Source of the DNA: Octopus bimaculoides
Taxonomy: Eukaryota
Assembly (NCBI RefSeq): GCF_001194135.2
Contig: NC_068999.1
Coordinates: 38,193,677-38,257,676, forward strand
Length of the DNA: 64,000 nucleotides
Reading direction: 5' to 3'
Both the position numbers and the translations under genes were made by a program. A model generated the notes under the pieces. It was not told the origin of the DNA, made no database searches, and saw only the letters and a list, made by a program, of their open reading frames with translations. Below, one piece after another: positions 12,481 to 24,844 of this stretch (its first letter is position 1; each line of letters starts with the position of its first letter).

Positions 12481-12843
12481 AGTGGCTCTTATTTATAGAA
12501 TTCCACCCACTTCACAAAATGGATCAAGGATACCCCCATTGAATCCAACGAGATGGTGAGTCTAGATCTGATAAGCCTGTTCACCAAAGTCCCAACTGGT
12601 GAAGCACAATCGGTGATTCAAGAAAAAACTAGTGACAGACACCCATCTAAAGGAACGCACTAGTATACCAATAAGAAACTTGATAGAAATGTTGACCCGT
12701 GTAGAAACTACCTACTTCAGTGTGGACACTGATATATATCGACAAGAAGAGGGTTTAGCTATTGGTTCGCCATTATCACCGATAATAGCCAATATATACA
12801 TGGAATACTTTGAGAATTTGGTTTTAGGATCAACACCACTAAC
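12481..12843 (+). mobile_element. Penelope-like element reverse transcriptase fragment (pseudogenised)
   Basis: Translates NSTHFTKWIKDTPIESNEMVSLDLISLFTKVP, then a +1 frameshift in the A-run near 12623-12628, then YRQEEGLAIGSPLSPIIANIYMEYFE. These are the PLE RT motifs VSxDxxSLFTxVP and GxxMGSPLSP. Confidence 0.9.
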
Positions 12844-12847
12844 CAGT

Positions 12848-13058
12848 GGCGTATTTTCTGTGCTGTGTGCGCTGGCGCATTGTCCCGCAAAAACAGGACA
12901 CTACGGCTGAGCTTACCACGGCGTTTCTGCTTCAAAGCTTCATGCAGTTCCTCCAACAGAGACATGTAGTATTCTGCGTTGGTGATGCGACACTTTGCCA
13001 GGTACTTTATGAGGAGTATTACGTCCTACATCTTTGTTCCAGAACACTGAAGCCAGTA
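12848..13058 (-). mobile_element. Mariner (DD34D-type) transposase catalytic-domain fragment
   Basis: LASVFWNKD..(frameshift)ILLIKYLAKCRITNAEYYMSLLEELHEALKQKRRGKLSRSVLFLRDNAPAH matches the mariner motifs VFWD, EYY and HDNAPAH. Confidence 0.9.
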
Positions 13059-13214
13059 TAATAATAGTAGTAGCAGCAGCAGCTGTTGTTGTTGATGATG
13101 TAATACTCGGTACGTAATGTTACATGTTTTCATGGTAGATTAATAGCAGAAACTTCTCGAAGCCAATTAATTTAAAGTTGTACATGTTCTTCGTTTAATG
13201 ATTCTTTTGTGATT

Positions 13215-14120
13215 CAGTGTGAAGAAGGGGGTACAGCAATGGCAGGAGGGGTAGAGGAGTGAGGGGAGAGAAAAGGGAGACGTGAGAAAGGAAAGAAGTG
13301 AATGAAAAGGAAGAGAAAACAAAACATAAATGTAGAAGATGGACGAGAAATGAAGGCAGAAGAAAAGAGCAGTGATTAGATTGGAAGGTAAGATGGGGGT
13401 TAGGTGGAAAAATAAACGAGGTGGGGCTAAGAAGAGAATGGAAAAGAGAGGACTGATGCAGATGGGGTGGGATTAGCGTGGAGGAGACGTAGTGATCTGT
13501 GATAAAGGTGGTGGTGGTGGTGATGATAGGAGGACTGATGGTGATGGTGAGTACGGCAGTGACAGGGATGATATAGAGAGCGAGGATTGAAGGACATGGT
13601 GACAGCAAATGTGATGATGATGCTGGAGAGTGCGGTGATGGTGATGATGATCATCTGGTGATGGTGATTCAAAGTGTTGATAGAGATGATGTTAATGATG
13701 ACGGTGCAATTGAGAGTAGAAATATCGGCATTGGTGGTGATGGTGGCGGTAGTGGTGGATAATCGGGATGATTATGCTAACGTTGGTGGTGCTATTGTGT
13801 TACTTTTTGGTGGGTTGGCAGCGGTGCTGGTGGTTGTGATGACACCGGTGAGAGAGATAGGGGGGGAGAGCAGTGAGTGAGTGTGATGGTGTTGGTGGGG
13901 GTGCTCAGTAACTAAATTACTACGTTTAATGTGAAATAGATTCAGGGAAGATTGAAAAATTAATGGCTTTTCATGCGATTTCTGTTTGTGCCTCAGGTAC
14001 ATAAGACTGTGCTGAAGAATGATGACGATGATGATGATGGTGGCGGTTATGGAGATGAGAACAGAGATGACGTTGGTGGCAGTGATAAGGATACTGATCT
14101 TAATAATAATAATAATAATA
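13215..14120. repeat. C-poor low-complexity tract (GA-rich, then decayed GGT/GAT/AAT triplets)
   Basis: Directly visible strand asymmetry. It generates spurious His/Ile/Val/Met-rich ORFs. Confidence 0.8.
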
Positions 14121-14237
14121 CTTTCTACTATAGACCCAAGGCCTGAAATTTGGGGGAGGGGGTGTCAGTTACATCGAACCAAGTACTCAACTGGTATTTA
14201 TTTGATCGACCTCGAAAGGATAAAAAGCAAAGTCGAG
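14121..14237 (-). mobile_element. SINE family A, 3' half
   Basis: Matches the reverse complement of 9258-9380. It abuts (TAA)n at 14100-14120. Confidence 0.8.
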
Positions 14238-14240
14238 TGC

Positions 14241-14475
14241 TAAAATATGGCAGCTACGAGTCAAATGTTAGTGTTGTCCCTATTGTCATCGGAGCATTGT
14301 GTTCAATACCACCCAATCTGTAAAAAAAAAAATCTGAAAATCCTAGAATCTAGGTGTACTGCAGAAGTCCTCATCACTTGGAACTGCACGCATATTGCGT
14401 AAAGTACTGTCTGTCTGAGGTCCTTGTTGTGACTTGACAAACACTACAAACCCCCGGTAGATAATATCTTCAATC
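14241..14475 (+). mobile_element. R4/Dong-like RLE non-LTR retrotransposon 3' end
   Basis: Frameshifted ..VSVVPIVIGALCSIP..VLQKSSSLGTAHILRKVLSV* C-terminus. The 3' UTR gtctgaggtccttgttg is shared with 25975-26000. Confidence 0.8.
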
Positions 14476-15619
14476 AACAACCTCACGATGAGCATAACAG
14501 ACCGGACCTGGTGGTGGTCGACAAAGTGCACCACGTGCTATAGAGTTGATGCTCTTTCGTTTCAATGTTTCGTGTCCAAAGTCGTTTTCTTTTGTAAGTT
14601 ATGACCACAAGACATGATGAAACTGGCCTTACATCCAAATTTGACAAAGCGTAAATGTGTGAAGGGCATTTTGCTCATGTCTTCCAAAAATATCGCTGGC
14701 ATTATTCTCTATTAATATCAATATTTACCTTTCAAAAATGCTTGTATTTTCCTGCACAACGTTTAAATTCCGTAGGAACAGGAAGGATGTGGCTATAAGT
14801 CTACCCTGGCTCTAGTAATATAAAGTTTGTTATTGATACTCTGTAATTTGATTTAGCATCCAAACTTATTGATATCCTTTTATAAAAATTTCTCACGCAT
14901 TTTTTTTTTAATCTGGAGAATATTTATGGAAAATTGTTTAACTTAGATTCGAAACACATTCGCTTGCGTTTGTGTATGGGAATATGCGAATTTTGTCGTC
15001 ATTGTGTATTTGTTGTTAATGCCTTTGCTGCTGTCAATAACAAAGTCGTTAATAACACTTAAATTACTTTTACGGCAAGAACTTTCATTATTTTTTAAAA
15101 AGACTTAGTATTTTGTTTTAAGCAATGTTTTCTCTTTGTATGTTTTTACTTTACATTAGAAGGAAAACAATCAGGTTTGTATCTCTCTTGTGAGTTTCCG
15201 TGTCCGACATGGCTTACTGAAAGCTAGCTAGAGTGGTGAAATTTATCCAAAATGTGTTTGTATGTATATGTAACAGCAAAAAACAAATAGACATTCACAC
15301 AAGGTCCTCACCGCTTTTTATAAAAATTCCGCGCAATGCGACACATAAATATTAATTCTGCTTTAAAATAAGACAAAATCTAATCCATTAACTGAAGCAT
15401 AAACACAACACGTGACGTAGTGTATTATAATGATACTATTGATTACTACTGTAGGCATGCAGCAAATATTTTTGCAGAGTGAGGGTTGATCGAATACATT
15501 GACCCCAGTACTTGACTGGTGAATTATTTTATATACCTCGGAAAGCTGAAGGAGGGCTGTAAGGTGATCTTCAGAATAGATTCAATCGTGAAAACTACCT
15601 CACTGTTTTCCTTTAACAG

Positions 15620-15817
15620 GGAAACCAGTTTTCCTCTATCCTGTGTCTATGGCGAATGCGCATGCGTAATGGACACGGTTGAAAGGATTGACGATAGATA
15701 CTCTCCTCTTCAGTCAAACTTCGATCGAGTTTTTCAGATTCTAGTTGGAAATGTACGGGATGCTGGAATGGCGAATGTCGCCACCAAGGAATTCATCAAA
15801 TGGTGGATGAATATGAA
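15620..15817 (+). CDS. Candidate 198-nt frame-preserving orphan exon
   Basis: Acceptor ctgttttcctttaacag|G and donor AA|GTAAAT. The phase 2-2 frame is open: ETSFPLSCVYGECACVMDTVERIDDRYSPLQSNFDRVFQILVGNVRDAGMANVATKEFIKWWMNM. Confidence 0.3.
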
Positions 15818-16219
15818 GTAAATTTTTTTCAGGTGAATAAAGTGACTCTAAGAGTACCCTTGTTGATTGGAGGATATCATTTGTTTGAATCCTTAATTTT
15901 TGAGGCCAGAGTGAATTTTGAGGTTCTTTCATTGGCCTAAAGGTTTTCCGACATCCGGATGTTTATATCATCCATTTACTCATATTTGTATTGTACGTAT
16001 TCATTTCATCTCATTTTTTAAGCATTCATCATTATTCCTCTTCACACAGTAGATTATAACCTCTCTTTTTGATGACTCTTCAGCCGCCAATCCTGTTGCA
16101 AATAAACGAAATCTTCTTCCTACTCCACCTCTCCTCCTCCTCATCGTCATCGCCATTATCATCAATATTATAATTATTTTGAAATATATTCCTTCGTTAA
16201 TTACATGCAAGTTTCTGCT

Positions 16220-16815
16220 GCACCAGTTGTTGCACCTCCGTGCTCCTAACGTGTGTGCAGCATGTTATTCTTATTTTTGTGAGCATTGGATTGGTATAGA
16301 TCCTCCTGTTGGTTTACTGCGCCAGTTTGTTTTGTTAGGAAGTTTAGTTTTCTTTGTTTCTTATGATATTAGCGTATGTAATGTTAGTTTATAGTTTATA
16401 TCACGCCTTAGTCTTAGATAAAATATGTAGGATACGAGATTTGTGGCTTTAGATTATAAGTCGCTTGTTCAATAGAGTGGTGTGTGAAGATTGCTCTGTT
16501 TCAGTTATTCTATTGAATTGGTTGTGTCTTCAGCAAGACGTGAGCTGTTCTTAGCAGAGTTATTTTGGGGGCAGTGTGTATTGCTGCCAACTTTGTTATA
16601 GGTTTTAAATATATATCAAATTATTGTTACTATTCACCATTTGGTAGTTTCAGGCAAATTTCTACAGCATCACCTGCTACACCACCGTATTGCTGGAGTG
16701 TGTGTGGCATTGTGTTGCTATGGGAGTGCAAACTCTTACCGCTATTGTATTGTGCCAGCTTGTTTTGTTTGAGTTGTATTATTGAATTGATAGTGTCTTG
16801 CGTAGGATGTGGGTC
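16220..16815 (-). mobile_element. Two tandem R4/Dong-like LINE 3' ends
   Basis: The minus strand reads HILRKTLSIQ* plus UTR (about 16815-16620), then KITLLRTAHVLLKTQPIQ* plus UTR (about 16600-16220). Both lie downstream of (AAT)n. Confidence 0.65.
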
Positions 16816-16820
16816 TTTTG

Positions 16821-16822
<2 letters not shown>

Positions 16823-16877
<55 letters not shown>
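16823..16877. repeat. (TTA)n microsatellite
   Basis: Directly visible. Confidence 0.95.
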
Positions 16878-18019
16878 CGTTACTGTTGTTATTACGGTTA
16901 TTAGAGTTGTAGCTATTTCTAAAACAATATACTTCATTTTCTTCAATATTTATTATTTGCATGCAACATATTTCTTATGTTTGACAAGCGTTAAAAATAC
17001 TGAGGGATTTCCACCTAACCCCATCCTTTTTTTTTTTTTTTCATATTTCAATCTCTACTCACATCCAGTTATCTAAACAAATAATAATATCAATAATAAT
17101 AATAATAAATCATTCTGCTCTTTCACGTTTTCCAAATGTCTTCTAATGTCAGCTGGGGATCGTTTATCGAAAGGTCAATAAAATGCTCAACATCTACCTT
17201 TAGGGTAACAGCAATAATAAACAAATACGGAAAAAACTGAACGAAAACAAGATTCAGAAAATAATATTCTGGCTTTTAAAAAAATTCTTTAAGTTTGGTT
17301 TCATTTTTTAAATTTTTGTTTTGTATTTTGTTGTTTTCTGTGGAACTATTTTCTTTTGGTTACTCTTGATATAAACATTTCTATAAATTTTTGTTTTTAT
17401 AAGTTATAAAATCTTTTTTTCGTTTAAATTGTGGTAATAATCGTCAAAAATAGCTTATATATTTCAAAAACTGCAGAATTCCAAAATTCAGACCACTTCT
17501 TCAAAAGTGCTTATATTGCGCATTTATTTCTGTTCTTTTTCAAAATCGAGTGACCTAATGGTTAGTGTTCGTTTGATATTAATGTCGCTAATAATGAGAG
17601 TTCAAGATGAGCTTGGATTTAAAAAAAAAGACATCAATCTACTAACTCACACTTTACAAATACGATCTGTAAGTGGAACAGTAAAAATATACAAGATGTT
17701 CTTCAAGTTTAAAATGTAACATTGTTTTTGTTACATACATTCTATCGATGGAGCTTTGTATCTGTGTTAGAAGCCAGCTTCTTCCTCACGGAAAGAATTT
17801 AAATGATTAAAAACAGAAGAGAACACACACACACACAAACGTGTGTGTGTGTTTGTCTGCCTGTGTCTGTATGTCTACAATATAGGCATGTATGAACAGA
17901 CGAAGCCACATGATATGGCTTCATCCATTAGTGAATCGAAAACATCTGAATGGTAACGTGTGTGCTTGCAAACGTGTGTGCGTATGCATACGTACGCGTG
18001 TCTACGTGTCTGTGTGTGT

Positions 18020-18056
<37 letters not shown>

Positions 18057-18628
18057 CCCGCTTGTGTGTACCTCACAACTTAAAAACACTTAAAACCTAG
18101 ACAGATAATATAATTCCAAACTACAAACGCACACACAAACAGATTGCCATGCAAACATGAAATCCATTCAAAACTTTAAACAGAGTAATCCACTTCTGCG
18201 CGTTTGTTTATGTTTTTATTTATTCATACGATATATGCATGTGTGTCCAGGTTTGTGTTTACGTGTGTGTGTGTCTGTGTCTCTCCTAGTGTGTGTGTGT
18301 GTGTGTGTGTGCGTGTGTGTGTGTGCGCGTGAACGGGCGAGAGAGAGCGTGTGTAATTCTTTTATTTATTACATTTTTCATATTACCATATTCTGCAGAA
18401 GAATTAACTGATAAATTTACGCTAGAACCAAATTGGAAAAGAAGAAAAAAAAGCAGCAAAAATAAAACTATAGATAGAATACAGAAGCAAAAAAAGTCTG
18501 AAAATCCACCTTCCACCATCATGTCATAAAATCAGTCTTAATTGATACATTAATACCGCAGTGATATAAGTGAGTCTTTCATGTGATACGTTTTACATGT
18601 GTAATACGGAAATCTGAAAGCACGCGCG

Positions 18629-18629
<1 letters not shown>

Positions 18630-18696
<67 letters not shown>
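18630..18696. repeat. (CA)n microsatellite
   Basis: Directly visible. Confidence 0.95.
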
Positions 18697-18698
<2 letters not shown>

Positions 18699-18889
18699 CT
18701 TACACAAAGAAATACCGAAAGAAAGAAAACATTTTACCGACCGACTCAAAGACCTGTGAACTGTCGGAAGATCTTGAAACTAAATTGTTAAAGGTTCCTT
18801 CATATCATCTGCTCTGAAATTTTTATCTGGATTTTATCTCTGTCACTTTTTAAATCTCGGCTTTACAATAATTTCCAATCAATTATGCG

Positions 18890-19400
18890 TTTTGATTTCC
18901 GTGTTTTTATTTTTTTCTGCTTCTGCGGGTTTTTTTCCTTTTTCTTCTTTTTCTCGTTCTTGTCTCTTATTTCTTTTTCTTCTTTATCTGTCTCATCCCA
19001 CCAAGCAAATCTTCGCTTTTGTATGTACGTGTTAGACTTTTTTCTTTCAGTTTTTGGGCATTTTTCTTCTTTTCTTTTCTAAATCTGTCTTCGGAATCTT
19101 AATACATTTATTTCTGTTTGTCATTGTTGTCTTCGTCGTCATCGTTGTTTTGTTGTTGTTGTTGTTGTTTGTTGTTGTTCTTCTCCTCCCTCTTCTCCTC
19201 ACCACCACCTTTTTCATCCACCTCTTTCTTTTTCTATTTTTTCTTCTCTTGAACCTCATTCATTTTCATCTTCTTCCACTTCTCTTCCTCTTTTCCTGCC
19301 TTCCTCTCGCTCCTCCACTCCCCTTCTCCTCCCTTTCTCCCTTCTCCTCCTCTTCTTCCTTCTCCTCCCCTTCTCCTCTCCCTTCCTCCTCCACCTTCGT
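18890..19400. repeat. Polypyrimidine low-complexity tract with (GTT)n and (CCT/CTT)n
   Basis: Directly visible. Confidence 0.8.
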
Positions 19401-20805
19401 CTCAAATTTGAGGTCAATTTAATGGAAAATTTCTTGTAAGAGAATTTGATAGACGGAGATTGTGTAGAAGCCCGCCGTTTATATATGTTTGTGTGTATGT
19501 GTGCGTATGTGTGGATGCGTCTTGGCGTTTGTGTTTGCCTTCCCACCACATCTCCACCATTTCACAACCTGTGTTGGTTTGTATACATTCACAAATTTGC
19601 GATTCGATAAAATAAACCGATAGAATAATAACCTGACTTAACAATTGAGTACTGGGATCGATTTGTTCAATTAACCCCACCCCCACACCACCCCATAAAG
19701 TAATCCAATAATTTAAACAAGAAGATAAAAGACAGTGTTGAATGTGAATTCTTGGAAGCAATATTCCTTCGGACACTTTTGTCATTTCTTTTACCTTCAG
19801 AGTTGTCTATTAGTTTCCACTTTACGTCAAGAACTGGACAATTTTAAATATGGAATGGAAGGCATTATGTAAAATGTTTTGCTGCTTCTATATAAATATT
19901 TTGGTTAATTTTCAGATCGGGTTAGGTCAGGTGGGGTGTGGAGAGTGCTCTATTTACCAATTGATGATCTCAGTTGCATACAGCCAATCGGAGTTGAGCT
20001 AACTTTATCCTTTCTTCCTTTCTAGTCAACACCGTGCATTCCTTACTCTTTCCCTATCTACTGACAGACAGCAACTTCTCCGTATAGCACGTGTTGTCAA
20101 TATTTATAAACAATACGTGTTATGTCTCTGGTAATTTTCTTTCATGTAAATGTTTGTTAATTTAAAAGAGGAAAACATGAATGTGTCTGTGGCTTATGAT
20201 TGACTAAAATTTCCAAATTTTCAAACTTTAATAACTAATAACTATTTATTGATTTATAGCGAAAATTACTTTCACTTCATTAATTAGCTTATAAAAGTGT
20301 ATCATTACACTAACTATGAAATCAATTCAAACAGAAAATTGACGCTGGCAACCAAACAGAAAAGATAAAAAAAGTCACGTAAATGTGTGAGTACTAAAAA
20401 ATTTCGCTGAGCACTATTACATTATTAGTAGTAAATTATAGATCTGTTTATTATTACTAGCCGGAGTCGTGATAATTTCACGGAAAATATAAAAGATGTA
20501 AACATCTGTAAATTGTGTGCTGGTAATTGGAGGTCGCCATTTTGAATGCCAACATTTTGAATGCCAACATCAAAGATGACTTAGGCGAAATTTGAACCTA
20601 ACTACTTCCGATCCTATGTTATTACGAATACCGCAAGCCGTTCGATCCCGGATCTGCCAATTCGACATATTTAGAAGATATACAGGTGGGATGCAATAGG
20701 AGGAGGGAGAATGTGGAAGTTTCAAAGAGGATGAGAAAAGATGAAGAATTGGAGAGGGCAGCAATGCTGAGGAGACGAAGTTGATATGGAGATGTTGCTG
20801 AGATA

Positions 20806-20905
20806 GCGTTGTTGTTGTTGTTATTGTTTAACACCAGGTCAGCCCTGATCCGGTAGATTAATGATCAAACATATTGTAGCAATGAAGCCGTGATCATGAT
20901 ATTAA
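20806..20905 (-). mobile_element. Retroposon family D 3' end with an (AAC)n tail
   Basis: The minus strand reads gatcagggctgacctggtgttaaacaataacaacaac. Related segments at 23325-23470, 43590-43800 and 49620-49750. Confidence 0.55.
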
Positions 20906-21792
20906 AAATTCTTCCTAATTATTGTGAATATTAATGACATTATCTGATGTGTCTTGTTTTTATGAAGGCATCATGTCATCTGATGAAATTTTAACTGTTA
21001 TTTCTTGCAGGTCTACCAACAAGTATGGGGGTCATCAATAATGCTTTCTTGTGGTGGTTGTTGGTAGTTATGACGGCAGCGCTGGAGATGGTGATTGTGG
21101 TGCTGGTGTTAACGATTTACTGGCAGTGTGTGTGTGCGGGGGAGTGGGCGGGGGTGATGATGATGATGGAGTAAGTAGCGTGTTCAATTTGAAATTAAGG
21201 AAATAAAGGCGACGGTGAGGGAAGCATAAATAGAAGATATCGATTAGAACAAGGAAGAAGATTGGAGATAAATCTACGGGTGACAATGGAATAAAGGTTT
21301 TGTTTTTGTTTCATTAATAAATGAGGAAGAGTGTGGAGAAGAAGTTTGTTCGCGAAACTCTAAGAGTAAAGATACTTGCAGGAGGAGGAGGAGGACGACG
21401 ACGACGACGTTTCGGGAGAAGAAAGAATGAAATAAAAGAGGCGCGAATAATGAACGAAATAGATGAGAAGCTGGGGAACATGACAATTCATTGTGGTGGT
21501 GGTGGTGGTGGTGGTGGTGGAGATGACCGTCATTGGGACCCAAGCGGAGGATTTCGTGATTTCGTTGTTGTTGATGTTGATGCTATTACTTTTAGAAAGT
21601 ATTAAGTGTTAATAGGAAATAAGAAGAGAGAAGAAGAAGAAAGGGAAACACAGATAAACACAATGCAGATGATAGAGAGAATGAACGACAAAGAAAGAAA
21701 GAGAGAGAGAGGGGGTGAGAAAGAGAAGGGTTAGTATGAGCTTTAGGAGAATGTGTGTGAATGAGACAGGAGTGTGTGAGACTCAAAAGCAT

Positions 21793-21811
21793 GTATATAT
21801 ATATATATATA

Positions 21812-21876
<65 letters not shown>
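21793..21876. repeat. (TA)n microsatellite
   Basis: Directly visible. Confidence 0.95.
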
Positions 21877-23324
21877 CCCAAGTATACGTATATACATATA
21901 TATACGTGTGTATGTGTGTACATTTTACTCACACATGTAGATATATACTATGTATGTATGAAACCGCGATGGCATTTTGAAATGAATCATCACACGTCAG
22001 CCGGAGATTTAGCGCAGAGTGAAATCAATCAAAACTTCACAAGTGATCCTTCTACATTTAACTGTGCAACCGGTTGTATGAAGGAAGCTTAACTTAATTC
22101 CTTGTGGCACATTCAAAATGAACAGATTTTTACTTTGTTTGTAGGTTTGGTGGTGGTTGTTCTATGCATTTATGTATGGATATATGTATGTATGGATGGA
22201 TGTGTATGAAAGTATATATGTGTGATGGGTGGATGACTTGTGGAATAGATGAATGTATCTACAGCATATATATGTATATAGATATATACACACATACATA
22301 TATACACACTCATATATATAGACACGCACACATTCATACATATGTCGAATCATATGCCACTATATACAAACGTATACATATACATATAAAGTATATATAT
22401 ATATACATATATATATACATATATATATGCTACTTGTTTATAAATTTATATATGATAAATATATAGATATACATACATACATGCATACATACATATATAC
22501 AGGCATGCTTATATAGATATAGATATATGCGTGTATATGTGTGTGTGTGTGTGTAATATATTGTGCGTATATGTGTGTGTGTATGTATGTATATATATAT
22601 AAATATATATATANNNNNNNNNNTATTTGTAGCGCTGCCGAATGAGATAAAGTGAAATTCTGTTAGATAGATAACTTATAAACGTCATTTAAAAGTTAAT
22701 CACACTGCAAGACTTGTGACGTTCATTTTAGTGTTAAATGTGTTTTTACTGGCTATATTCAGATTGCTTTAACAACGAAGAAACTCCCACTGCTATTTAT
22801 GCTATTTATCATTCCTATATACAATACAATGGGCTAATAACAGCAGGAGGACGCCAGAAATATTTACGAAATTATTTGAATTGTGTTTGATACGAAAACA
22901 AAATGGCTGCCCCTGCGGAGTTACGACTTATCGACGGAAGCAGTGAGAGATATTCGTACAAATGGCTTCTTTGAACTGAGTCTCTGGGGAAATTTATTCA
23001 AGAAAGGACTACAGTCAATTGAAAGGATCCAGTATATTTCTGAGATGTATTTATCGACACTAAAGTGATTAATGTGAATGTTAACCCCACGGTGGGATCA
23101 AATGGTAAATGTTTGTAACTGAATTATGTCGAGGTATTTAGTTTCGATATCCTAGCATTACTACAAACCCGTTGCTATCTTTGTTGTTTGTTTAAGTGAA
23201 GAATGAAGAGTGATGCGTTGGTGCATCTACATTTATTAAGTTCAGACTCACCCTCCCGTAGTTTTAAGATACAAATATCTCCACCAGGAAAAATGTTGCA
23301 TTGTTAGAGCAGAGATGAGGAGGA

Positions 23325-23470
23325 AAGAAAGTGAGCTGCTATTTAGAGGGACATTTAATCTGTTAGAAATAGCGGACAAAATTTCCCTCAACCGGCATTC
23401 TACCACGATTTAAAAATAAAAATTATGGGGAAATCTGGGTAATGTAGTTTCTATTTATTAAAAGTTATGA
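23325..23470 (+). mobile_element. Retroposon family D fragment
   Basis: ttagaaatagcggacaaaatttccctcaa resembles ttagaaatagtagtcaaatcgcc near 49645 and the reverse complement of about 43750-43775. Confidence 0.5.
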
Positions 23471-24279
23471 TGGGCATTATTTAAATACCACTCATGATTT
23501 AAATACCAACTCAGAGTTGAAACGAGGCTAAACCTGTAGAAACAACCGAAGAAGTTCTCAGTAATTCTCTAGTCTAATGACTTCTTAAGGTACGGTAATC
23601 TTTGGTAGTTGTTCAGGTATATCTATGATTCTGTTACTGACTTTCCATTAGGATGCGAAATACTTTATATTAATAAATAATTTGTGTTCGTTCTTGGTGT
23701 TCTTTTTTCAGTGTTATATTACAGAATATATCTACTGACATCTCTTTAAGGGACACAGCATAAGTAGACGGATGTGGACACCATTATTATTTTTTTTTTT
23801 TTAGTGGATGGTCACTGATGAAATCCCAACAGAACATTGAAACTAATCCGGTTGACCGTATTGTTTTTCCTTCACATATAATTATCCTGTATACAAAGTA
23901 TGACATTTACATCTGCCTCTACATACAGGAGAGTGGACTACAAGTCTACAGACTAATATGTTGATGTATACTGCATTATTTTGTATCAGAATATTGCTTA
24001 AATACCTCGAGAGAAGCAATGATCCTATATACATAATTATGAGATATTTATCAAATATCTTACAAAATCAAACATTTTACAACCAGCAAGCAGCCAACAG
24101 GCCACATCCTGCCTCTCTTTCTCTCTCTTTCTCCCTCTCTTCCTCTCACTCTCTCTCTATATATATATATATCTGTCTGTCTGTCTATCTACCTATCTAT
24201 CTGTCACTCTTTAACGAGGGTTTACCTTTCATGAACAAACCAAACGTGTACAGTTTCGGCTCTTTTCTACCCTAGTGTA

Positions 24280-24478
24280 GAGAATTCTAACAGGGTCCCA
24301 ACTGTAAGGTCATGCGCTCTTTATCTTGATATGGGATCGCCATGTCGCGCACAAATCGTTGTGATGCATGCGTCTGGTATACCCTTATCAGATGGGTAGT
24401 CATGATGCATATATTGGGCTTCGTATATTTGTACCCTCGTGTCATTTTGATTGCATGCACTACTCTTAATCAATTATA
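24280..24478 (-). mobile_element. Interspersed repeat family F
   Basis: Inverted match to 9397-9490, extending further. It abuts the Dong-like array. Confidence 0.75.
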
Positions 24479-24835
24479 ATGTTGCCTGCCCCTTTGACCA
24501 ACAAAGAGTTAAGAAGGAAAGCGAAAATAGATAAATATAACCCTTTTAAGTACGAAATAGCTCGGCTATGGTAAATGCAGGTGAAGATAGTGTCAATTAT
24601 TGTTGAATACTTGGGGACAGTATAAGAAGGTATCAAGAGAAATATAAAGGAAATTGGAATAGTGCCCAGTAGAACTGTAACAAAAGGTTTGCCTCCTTGG
24701 CACGGCCAGAATAATCAGGAATGTACCGGATAGCTGAAAAGAACGGATGGTATGGTACTGTAGGCTGCAGGCAGCAAACCCGCTACGCATGCAAGACTCC
24801 AGGAGTTTCAACAAAACCTGTGATAAAAAGAAAAT
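24478..24835 (+). mobile_element. R4/Dong-like LINE 3' end, unit 1
   Basis: Frameshifted VACPFD..KYEIARLW..VKIVSIIV..IGIECPVELLQKVCLLGTARIIRNV-type RLE C-terminus. Same subfamily as 39895-40625. Confidence 0.85.
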
Positions 24836-24844
24836 ATTAATAAA

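Noticed and set aside
15770-15821. ATKEFIKWWMN resembling glucagon/GLP-1 AAKEFIAWL
   Set aside because: No N-terminal HxxGTF motif and no dibasic processing sites. The family is not expected in molluscs, and the match is short.
16630-16962. 110-aa poly-Asn ORF
   Set aside because: Explained by (AAT)n plus a Dong-like LINE 3' end read in another frame.
3126-18776. Shared gaactgtcggaag(a)tcttg at about 3126 and 18758
   Set aside because: A single 13-18 bp match is expected by chance in 64 kb, and the flanks do not align.
20598-20783. Plus-strand frame YYEYRKPFDPG...RMRKDEELERAAMLRR, reminiscent from memory of an MRPL38 helix (ERAARLR)
   Set aside because: It is bounded by stops and has no convincing splice sites. 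The spacing needs an 8-aa gap and there is no downstream PEBP domain, so a coincidental charged helix is likely. BLASTx would settle it.
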